DNA of 64,000 bases from Thermodesulfobacteriota bacterium (GTDB taxonomy: Bacteria > Desulfobacterota_D > UBA1144 > Nemesobacterales > Nemesobacteraceae). The DNA lies in the NCBI GenBank assembly GCA_965207685.1, contig OZ242294.1, positions 1,226,677 to 1,290,676 on the forward strand, read 5' to 3'. Within the stretch, counting starts at the first letter, position 1, and every line of letters begins with the position of its first letter. Below, in pieces: positions 56,987-64,000 of this stretch. Under the pieces are notes generated by a model. That model searched no databases. It had not been told where the DNA came from and saw only the letters and a program-made list of their open reading frames with translations. A program made the translations under genes and the position numbers.

Positions 56987-58360
56987 ATGAAGTACCTACC
57001 GCAAGTGGCGATCAGCTGGGAGACGGCAGCCGCGTTTTCGCTTCTCTGCTTCTCCCTGGGCGCGACCTTCTGCGCGCTTGCGCTAAGACGCAGAAGAGAA
57101 AAACGAAGCGGACCCGAGACAATAGAGTTCATAACGGCTTCGGCGGCGAGAGCCTCGCAGAGACAAGACGGCGCAGAATCAGGAACCATAGGAGCTCTCG
57201 CGGAGAGCCTCTGGCTGAGAAGCGATCCCGGGCTTGCGGTGCTCTCGGATTCAGAACCTTTGGTCGTAACCACCTTCAAAAATCCAGAGACCCAAACTTT
57301 CTGGACAGAAGAGATAGAACCCAATCGCCGACTCTTTGAGAAAAGACGCGAACTTGCGGTAATAGAGAGGGTTCTCCTAGAGCTTGATGAACATGGCCTC
57401 TGCTCAAGTGTCGTTTCTGGGGACGGGAAAAGCGCGTTTTTGCCAACTGCAAAGAGATTCTCGCGCGTTACCCTGCTTGACCACTCGCTTCGGGTAGCGC
57501 GGTGCATGAGGGGAATATACGATTCGCTCTACACGGAGAGAATTCTCTACGGGAAGCATCTCATCGCCGCTCTCGCCCACGATGTCGGAAAAATGGAGCA
57601 CCTGCGCCCCGAAGACAAGCGCTACATAAAGGATGACCACGCGGCGGCATCGGCAAGAGCGCTTAACGGTTGGATAATGGAGTGCGGGGGAGAAAAAGCC
57701 GCTTTTGAGTTTCGCTCCGCGGTGGACGCCGTCAGGAACCATCACAGAAGCGCAAACGCACCCGATCCCATTCTGGAGAACCTCAAAAGAGCGGATACGG
57801 CGGCACGGGAGGAGGAATTCTCGGGCGTGCGCAAAAAGCCACGCCCGGCGGCCGCGCCCGACGGCGGCACGGATGCCGAACCACCCGGGTGGCTCCTTCG
57901 CGACATGCCCCAGATACTAAACGACCATGTGGGGCCCGCAATAAACATGGCGGCACTCGAGGAGGCTCCCTTTGCCCGGGCGATCTCCTCCACAAACGGG
58001 ATCGTCTACGTCGATCCCCACTACCTTTTCGACGGCGTTAGGGAGCATATGGAGCGGGAGGAGATAGCGGACATGAGATTTTTCGACCCGTCCCGCCCCG
58101 CGGAGCTTCAGGCAAAGCTCCTGGTAACAAACTCACTTAAATCCCGCAACTGGGTGGGCGAAGGAGTTCGCGACGGCTACTACGCTGCCTTCTGGAATTA
58201 CGAGTATAGGGGGAAGAAGGTAAGAAAAGGCGGTTTCTGGATACCCGTTTTCGCGGAAGCGTTTGAAGTGCCGCTTTCCGAACTTGAAAAAAGAAAAAAC
58301 GCGGAGCTTCGCCGGATCACTTCCGTTGGGCCGTGTCTTGCGCGGGGACGGAAAAAATAA
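56987..58360 (+). CDS. membrane-anchored HD-domain (metal-dependent phosphohydrolase) protein
   Basis: Start at MKYLPQV. It is preceded by GGAGAAAAGGAG and follows the coupling-protein stop. One transmembrane helix (AAAFSLLCFSLGATFCALAL), then HD motifs H...HDVGK. The region upstream of this start is arginine-rich. Confidence 0.55.
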   Translation: MKYLPQVAISWETAAAFSLLCFSLGATFCALALRRRREKRSGPETIEFITASAARASQRQDGAESGTIGALAESLWLRSDPGLAVLSDSEPLVVTTFKNPETQTFWTEEIEPNRRLFEKRRELAVIERVLLELDEHGLCSSVVSGDGKSAFLPTAKRFSRVTLLDHSLRVARCMRGIYDSLYTERILYGKHLIAALAHDVGKMEHLRPEDKRYIKDDHAAASARALNGWIMECGGEKAAFEFRSAVDAVRNHHRSANAPDPILENLKRADTAAREEEFSGVRKKPRPAAAPDGGTDAEPPGWLLRDMPQILNDHVGPAINMAALEEAPFARAISSTNGIVYVDPHYLFDGVREHMEREEIADMRFFDPSRPAELQAKLLVTNSLKSRNWVGEGVRDGYYAAFWNYEYRGKKVRKGGFWIPVFAEAFEVPLSELEKRKNAELRRITSVGPCLARGRKK

Positions 58361-58424
58361 ACTAAACTCAACCGGGCGGCAAGTGTCTGTCCGAAAAAAA
58401 ACACATTTTACTGGAGGAAACAAA

Positions 58425-58838
58425 ATGAAAAATAAAAAAACAGGCAACGTTACACTCGTCCTTGGCCAGACACCGTACGGGCAGCTCGAGCGGGAAGCCC
58501 GCAAGAGAGCGCTCTCGCCGGGAGACTATCTCGAGATGCTGATAGAAATGGATCACATCTCCAACACGGGAGGTGACCCGGGGGAAATGGTGTCCGTGTC
58601 AATATCGGAGAGACACTACTCCCTTCTTCGCCGGGAAGCGGAAGCTGCCGGACGCGGGGCGGACAAGAGCGCCGAGATGATAATAGGCATCTCGGCGGAG
58701 ATGCTCCCTGAGAGGCCGCTTTCGAGGGAGAGGTTTGACGCCGTGGTGGAAGCGTGGGGAGGTGTCGATTTTCCGAGCGAGAGGAAACAGGGAAACGCGC
58801 AGGAGCGCGGAAACTCTCTTCAGAAAGCCTCGTCCTAG
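58425..58838 (+). CDS. small protein with two tandem ribbon-helix-helix-like repeats (TraY-like relaxosome accessory protein candidate)
   Basis: 137 aa. Two beta-strand + helix units (VTLVLGQTPYGQLEREARKRALSPGDYLEMLI and VSVSISERHYSLLRREAEAAGRG...MIIGI). It sits immediately upstream of the pilin gene, as traY does in F. Confidence 0.45.
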   Translation: MKNKKTGNVTLVLGQTPYGQLEREARKRALSPGDYLEMLIEMDHISNTGGDPGEMVSVSISERHYSLLRREAEAAGRGADKSAEMIIGISAEMLPERPLSRERFDAVVEAWGGVDFPSERKQGNAQERGNSLQKASS

Positions 58839-58962
58839 TGACTGAAGAGGCGGGGAATCTTCATTTCCCCGCAGAGGCTTAACGACAAAATCTATATGGC
58901 ATAACAAAAAAACGGACATTTGCCGCACCTGCAATCAAACGCGAAAAAATATCTCACAACAC

Positions 58963-59310
58963 ATGAAAACCACATTACTAAGGAGGCTGGCTAATATGAA
59001 AACATACGAGGCAAGATTTCCCCGCGCCGTCGCAGCCGCGCTTTTAACGGTGGTCGCGCTGGCACTTTTTTTCCCGGACACGGCACTCGGGGGGACCACG
59101 GGCACGGAGTTCCAGAGCATCTACGACAAGGTAAAGGGATGGTCCACCGGCTACCTGGGGAGGCTGCTTGCGCTCTGCACTTTCATAATAGGTCTCGGGG
59201 CTTCCATCATGCGCCAGACCCTTTTTCCCGCGCTCACGGGAATAGGAGTGGCGCTCGTGGTCTCGCTCGGCCCGTCACTCATAGAGGGAATCGCCACGGG
59301 AACGTTCTAG
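58963..59310 (+). CDS. traA: F-type conjugative propilin TraA
   Basis: The leader ends ...VVALALFFPDTALG (compare F TraA ...AAVLMMFFPQLAMA). The mature part is ~72 aa with two hydrophobic segments. The position before traL-traE-traK-traB fits. Confidence 0.65.
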   Translation: MKTTLLRRLANMKTYEARFPRAVAAALLTVVALALFFPDTALGGTTGTEFQSIYDKVKGWSTGYLGRLLALCTFIIGLGASIMRQTLFPALTGIGVALVVSLGPSLIEGIATGTF

Positions 59311-59577
59311 ATGAGAACGAGAATCCCGAGATACATAGACGACCCTCCCCAGATATTCTGGTGGGAGATCGATGAAGTGGCGCTTTTCAGCGGGGCGTTC
59401 GTGATCGGGGCGCTTTCGGGTCAGACGCTCGGAGGACTGCTCGCGGGCTTTGTCCTTTCCTGGCTGCTTGAGCGCCTCAAATCCGGGCGGGGAAGCGCCT
59501 TTCTCGTTCACCTTGCCTACTGGTACGGTCTCTCGGGGGTAAAGCCCGAGAGTCACAGAGAGAGGTTCTTCGAGTGA
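59311..59577 (+). CDS. traL: TraL-like type IV conjugative transfer protein
   Basis: 88 aa. RIPRYIDDPPQIF...DE...LKSGRGS...YWYGL pattern matches F TraL (R.P..LD.P..I.G...DE ... LK.GRG ... YW..P). One transmembrane segment. Confidence 0.6.
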   Translation: MRTRIPRYIDDPPQIFWWEIDEVALFSGAFVIGALSGQTLGGLLAGFVLSWLLERLKSGRGSAFLVHLAYWYGLSGVKPESHRERFFE

Positions 59578-60164
59578 TGCTGATACGCACGTTCCGGGAG
59601 AGATGGCTTAACCTGGCCCGGGAAAACGGCCTGCTTCGCTTCGCCGTGGGGGCACTCTGCGTAACGGTAGCGCTTCAGGGCTGCCACATGAAAAAGCTCT
59701 CCGAACGCACGACCGTGCACGTTCACGTGCCCGAATACATGCAAAAGGACTTCACCGTCAGCGCAGCGGGAACGGCTTCGCTCGCCTACACCGAGCAGTG
59801 GGCGCTCAGTCTCCTTCCCTTCGTAGCGTCCTTCACCGCGGAAACCGTGGACTTTAACATAAGGCAGTTCCTCCTCTACGTTCACCCCGAAAGCTACGAC
59901 CCCATTTCCGGATTCCTGCTTGAAAAATCAAAAGAGATAAAAACAAGCGGAGTCGCCCAGGCTTTTTTTCCGAAAACGGTGGCCATGGAGGAAGAAGGAA
60001 CGGTTGTGGCGGTAAGCGGACAGCGCACCAGGGTAGTCGGTAACGTGGTGACCGACCAGAGGGAGGTTGTCTACAGGATCCACTTCGAACTGGGGGTTAA
60101 CAACCGTCCGCTCGTAACCGAACTTATCGAAAACGAAGGAGGGCAAGGTGCAGATGAATACTGA
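59574..60164 (+). CDS. traE: TraE-like (VirB8-like) inner-membrane conjugation protein
   Basis: 196 aa with an N-terminal transmembrane helix, in the position and size expected for traE. The sequence match is judged weakly from memory. Confidence 0.45.
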   Translation: MMLIRTFRERWLNLARENGLLRFAVGALCVTVALQGCHMKKLSERTTVHVHVPEYMQKDFTVSAAGTASLAYTEQWALSLLPFVASFTAETVDFNIRQFLLYVHPESYDPISGFLLEKSKEIKTSGVAQAFFPKTVAMEEEGTVVAVSGQRTRVVGNVVTDQREVVYRIHFELGVNNRPLVTELIENEGGQGADEY

Positions 60165-60870
60165 TCTTCCCTCGCGCACTCTCGCTGTCTTCGTCGCGGC
60201 ATTTTTTGCTTTCGCCACTACCGCAACCGCTCTCACCATAGATCTCGGAAAAACCCGGGAGGAAGAACCGATATCGATCGGGGTATCCCGCACCGACACA
60301 AACAGGATCAAACTTCCGGAAACCATAATAAACGCCTTCAGTTCAAACGGGTCGATTGACGTAAAGATAATCGACCGCTCGGCGCTTGTAAGAGCAGAAG
60401 ATCCGGCGGAACTAATAATCTTGACCGGGAAAAGAAGGCTAACCCTGCTGCTTTCGCCCGAGGATGGCCCCTCGCGCACCGTCATAATGAGGGACGAAGA
60501 CTCACCGTCCCCAGATCCGGCCAAGGAGGCAACAGGAAGCGCAGAGCCCCTACCCTACGAAAAAGCCATAACGGAACTCGTGCTCTCCCTGGCCTCGGGT
60601 TCCTCCGATACGGAAAAAACCTCAGAAAAAGAGCAGGAATTCTCACCCTCGCCCTCCCTTTTCCTCGCACGCCACGCGGAGGCGGCATCGCCTCCCCTTT
60701 TCGCCTCGCTCTACATGGTAAGAAACGGGGGATCCAAAAAAGTCGTTCTCACGGAAAGCATGTTCTCCTCAGACCCCGAAACGGTAGCCGTGGGCATGGA
60801 GCGGGACGAGCTTTCGCCGGGAGAGTCCGCGCGGATCTTCGTGGTCACGAAAAAGGAACCTGGGCGATGA
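60148..60870 (+). CDS. traK: TraK-like (VirB9 N-domain/secretin-like) periplasmic protein
   Basis: 240 aa with a signal peptide (AVFVAAFFAFATTATA), in the position and size of traK. Family call by synteny. Confidence 0.45.
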   Translation: MQMNTDLPSRTLAVFVAAFFAFATTATALTIDLGKTREEEPISIGVSRTDTNRIKLPETIINAFSSNGSIDVKIIDRSALVRAEDPAELIILTGKRRLTLLLSPEDGPSRTVIMRDEDSPSPDPAKEATGSAEPLPYEKAITELVLSLASGSSDTEKTSEKEQEFSPSPSLFLARHAEAASPPLFASLYMVRNGGSKKVVLTESMFSSDPETVAVGMERDELSPGESARIFVVTKKEPGR

Positions 60871-62025
60871 TCGGGAAGATACGGAAAATCTACGCCGAAA
60901 GAAAACGCCAGACTCTCGCCGCGGCGACCGTACTGTCCGGGTTTGCCATCGTGGCCCTGGTTCTGCTCCTGCTCGGAGGAGAGGAAAAGGGACTGCTCGG
61001 GGAGAAGAAAACGCAGGGAAGCATAAAGATTCTGCGGGGAGTGGATCTTGCCCGGGAAAAATGGCGCATAGAGGGGGAAAAGCGCCTGGGAATGATAGAG
61101 ACCGAACAGAGGGAGATAAGAAAAGAACTGGAAGCAATTTCCTCCGCGCTTGGGGAGTTCAAGAAGAAATCTTCCGAACCGTACCCCTACCCGCCTCCAC
61201 TCGTCGGGAACGAAGCCTCACCCGAAGCGGAGTTCCCTCCCGCTCCGCTCCTGCCGGGCGCGGCCGAAACGCCGCCCGAGCCCCCGAAAAGACAAAACCC
61301 GATACGGGTTTTCTCTCCCATCGGGGGCATCCCGGCCGAGGAATCGGCCCCAGAGCCTGCGCTTGTTAACTGGATTCCCTCGGGAAGCTTTGTTCCGGGA
61401 GTACTCCTAAGCGGCCTCGACGCCCCCACAGCAACCGCTTCCTCGCGAAATCCGCATCCCGTGCTGATACATCTCGTGGAGGCTTCGCGCCTGCCCGGCC
61501 TGCGGCGTATGAACATAGCGCGCTGCCACGTGACGGGAGCAGGGTACGGACAGCTCGCAAGCGAGAGAGCGTACGTGAGGCTCGAGAGGATGGCGTGCGT
61601 GCTTCGTTCGGGAGACGTGATAGACACCAAGATAAAAGGATATGTGGCCGGAGAGGACGGAAAGACCGGGAATCCGGGGAAGGCTGGTTTCAAAGCAGGG
61701 AAAGATGCTCTCGCGGGGAATCCTGGCCGGCTTTGCCTCGGGCTTCGGCGAGGTGGTTGAAACTTCGAATTCAACATCCGGGGTGGTCGCGGGCGGAACA
61801 TTTACCGTGAGTTCCAGGAGTTCCCGGGATCTTGTGAAGACAGGAATCGGGGGCGGGGCTGGGGAAGCCGGAAGGCTTCTCGCGGAGTACTATCTCAAGC
61901 TCGCCGAGGAGGTGTTTCCGGTAATAGAGATAGACGCGGGGCGCCGAGTCGACGTGATCATAACCGAGGGGATGGAGCTTGCCCCCAGAAAAACCGACTA
62001 CGCCGCAAGGAAGGAAAAGGGATGA
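60867..62025 (+). pseudogene. traB: TraB (VirB10-like) gene with apparent +1 frameshift near 61650-61760 (two overlapping ORFs 60867-61760 and 61642-62025)
   Basis: The first ORF has an N-terminal transmembrane helix plus a Pro-rich linker (PYPYPPPLVG...PPAPLLP...PPEPP) and the start of a beta-domain (IDTKIKGYVAGEDGKTG). The second ORF continues in another frame with the VirB10-like tail (LSRGILAGFASGFGEVV...GRRVDVIITEGMEL). Confidence 0.6.
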
Positions 62026-62525
62026 GGAAATTCGCCCCGTTCCTTATTTTTTTCGCTCTGTTCGCTACGGCCTGCGCCGGCGGGTCGTCGCGCTACGGCT
62101 GCCCAGCGGCATCGGGTCATTCATGCAAAAGCGTCTCAGAGGTTTATGCCGAGACAATTTCGGGTCGCAGAAGCGGTGCGGATCCTCTCTCTCCGGGCAA
62201 CGGAAAAAGCGCGCGCGAAGGCGTGAGAAAAAAGTTTCTGAAAGGCAGCGCTTTCCGCCCCGGGAAAAATGAGCGGAGCGAAGCGGGAACCACCCAGACC
62301 GCGCAACCGGAGAAAACGATGCCCGTTTATGTTCCCCCGCGCACAATACGCCTCTGGATAGCCCCGTGGCAGGATGCCCGGGGCGTCTTTCACTCGGGCA
62401 AATACGTGTACCTGCTTTCGGGCAGGGGGCGGTGGACTATAGGCGGCAAAGCTGTTCCGCTCGGAGAGTCCGATAGAGGGTATCCGCAAAACATCCGCCT
62501 CCGGGGAACCGGGAGGGTTCCCTGA
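62022..62525 (+). CDS. traV: TraV-like outer-membrane lipoprotein
   Basis: 167 aa. Signal peptide with Cys (LFATAC) and a C-terminal IRLWIAPWQDARGVFHSGKYVYL motif typical of TraV. Confidence 0.6.
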   Translation: MRKFAPFLIFFALFATACAGGSSRYGCPAASGHSCKSVSEVYAETISGRRSGADPLSPGNGKSAREGVRKKFLKGSAFRPGKNERSEAGTTQTAQPEKTMPVYVPPRTIRLWIAPWQDARGVFHSGKYVYLLSGRGRWTIGGKAVPLGESDRGYPQNIRLRGTGRVP

Positions 62526-64000
62526 TGGGCGTTGCGAAAGAGCGGCTGCGGGAGCTTGCCGCAAGGGATTCGCTTTCGGATTACCTTCCCTATGTGGCAT
62601 GGGAAGAGGGGATGTACGTTCTGGCCGACATGTCGCTCGGCTTCATATGGGAAATAAACCCGCTTCTTTTCGCAGGAGAGGACGCAAAGAGGATTCTCGG
62701 CGGAATGCTCGGCAACCGTGTGCTTCCACCGGGAACCTCGGTCAAGTTCCACGTGTTTGCCTCCGAGCTCATATCCCCGTTTTTCCCCGAGGAAGAAACG
62801 GCGCAAGCCAGGATCTGCCGGGAGATCGCCGCCGAAAGAAAGCGGCTTTACACCCTCGAGATGCGCGACAGAGTCGGGACCCCCGCGAGGGATTTCCGGT
62901 TTCTCGTGTCGGTGAGGATTCCTTCCGGCTTCGGAAAAAAGAAAGTTGCGGAATCCGTGTGGGACAAGCAGACGGAGGACACCCGCAAGCTCGGGGCGAA
63001 CGTGGCGGGGGTTCTCAGTTCCGCGCAGCTTTACCCGCGCGACCTCCCTCCGGCCGAGCTGATACTCGTCCTGCGCGAGGCGCTTAACCCCGATGCGCGC
63101 TGGTATGATGACCCTTACTATCTCGGCACCGGCGGTCTCTATAACCGAAACGATGAGATAAGAAACCAGATAATAGACCGAGAGACGATGATAGAGGTGC
63201 GGGCGGGGGAAATAAAGCTCGGGGACTCTCACCTGCGGGGATATTCCCCCGCATCCATGCCCGAGTACTTTTCGCTCGACGAGTTCCACGAACTGCTTGG
63301 AGATCCGTTGCGGGGACTCTCGCAGGTGCCCGTGTATTTTTTCCTGCAGGCGGGATTCGTCGTCCCGGAGAGAAAGAAGGCCTCTCAGGTAAGTGCCAAG
63401 GCCGTCATGGTGAAGCAGCAGAGCTTCGGGCTCGTGACGAGATTCATTCCAAAGCTCAGGAAAAAAGCGGAGAACTTCGACTTTTTCGTAAACGCCCTTG
63501 AGGACGAGGACCTGGTCATGGGATCCCTGAGCCTCTTTCTCCGGACCCGAAGCGACGAGGAGGCCGAGAGGGTAAAGGAGATGGTAACGGGGATATGGAG
63601 GGCCAGAAACTTCGATCTTCGCGAGGAAAAATACATACTGCTCCCCCTCCTGCTCGAGGGCCTCCCGCTCGGCTCGGAGCCCGCGTTCGTCCGCCTTCTC
63701 AGGCGGAATTCAACGATGCAGACCTCGGCCGGGGCATCCATGCTTCCCGTCATGTCAGACTGGAAGGGAACGGGCTCGGGACCTCTTACCTTCATATCGA
63801 GAAGGGGACAGATAATGAAACTTGATCTTTTCAGCTCAGCTTCCAACTACAACTGCGCGGTGTTCGCCCAGTCGGGCTCGGGAAAGTCCTTTCTAACCTC
63901 GGACATGATCACCGGATATCTTTCGGAGGGGGCGCGGGTGTTCGTGATAGACATAGGCCGCTCATACGAGAAGCTCTGCGGTCTCGTGGGCGGTGAGTTC
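62524..64000 (+). CDS. traC: TraC (VirB4-family) conjugative ATPase, N-terminal ~490 aa (continues past window end)
   Basis: Translated by hand from the ATG at 62524: MGVAKERLRELAARDSLSDYLPYVAWEEGMYVLADMSLGFIWEINPLLFAG ... NYNCAVFAQSGSGKSFLTSDMI...VFVIDIGRSYEKLCGLVGG. This parallels F TraC (GFMLEAIP ... CGTSGAGKTGL ... FDMGDGYKSLC). Not in the ORF track because no stop falls in the window. Confidence 0.85.

Noticed and set aside
62599-63087. Arg-rich 162-aa + strand ORF (with 62718-62915) listed in the ORF track downstream of traV.
   Set aside because: It is an alternative frame of the genuine traC reading frame, which starts at 62524 and was missed by the ORF track only because it has no in-window stop.
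1-64000. I scanned for CRISPR arrays, rRNA genes, and prophage structural genes such as integrase, terminase or capsid.
   Set aside because: No regularly spaced short direct repeats, no rRNA-like conserved stretches and no phage structural or integrase motifs were seen. The only mobile DNA found is the IS elements and the conjugation cluster.

Overview
This 64 kb window appears to be chromosomal DNA from a diderm (Gram-negative-type) bacterium with roughly 55-60% GC. I could not identify the organism. Most of the window is densely packed housekeeping genes: nadB-nadC-nadA, glnD, dnaB, lipA, sppA, rpsA, cmk, aroA, purH, a peptidoglycan-recycling set and one tRNA-Gly(CCC).

Several accessory or mobile segments are embedded in it:
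- An IS110-family insertion (about 20.0-21.6 kb).
- A 4.9 kb gene for a giant cell-surface protein (28.7-33.7 kb) combining an SRCR-like domain, FN3 repeats (three of them near-identical at the DNA level), cadherin repeats and a C-terminal outer-membrane beta-barrel.
- A complete 1412-bp IS with about 55-bp terminal inverted repeats and a 16-bp target-site duplication, sitting about 220 bp upstream of that gene.
- A low-GC islet carrying the 'mobile mystery protein A/B' (Fic) pair, 1.2 kb from the tRNA.
- A small DUF433/DUF5615/HigA addiction-module cluster.
- From about 55.5 kb to the window end, an F-like (MPF-F) conjugative type IV secretion gene set: coupling protein, HD-domain protein, TraY-like, TraA pilin, TraL, TraE, TraK, TraB with an apparent frameshift, TraV, and TraC running off the edge. 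Low-GC DNA and a DUF3800 gene precede it.

The candidates for something genuinely unusual are the SRCR/FN3/cadherin surface protein, the coupling ATPase without a membrane anchor next to a membrane-anchored HD-domain protein, and the DUF3800 gene at the element edge.

No CRISPR array, rRNA gene or prophage structural genes were seen. All calls come from reading the six-frame translations against remembered family motifs. No database search was run.
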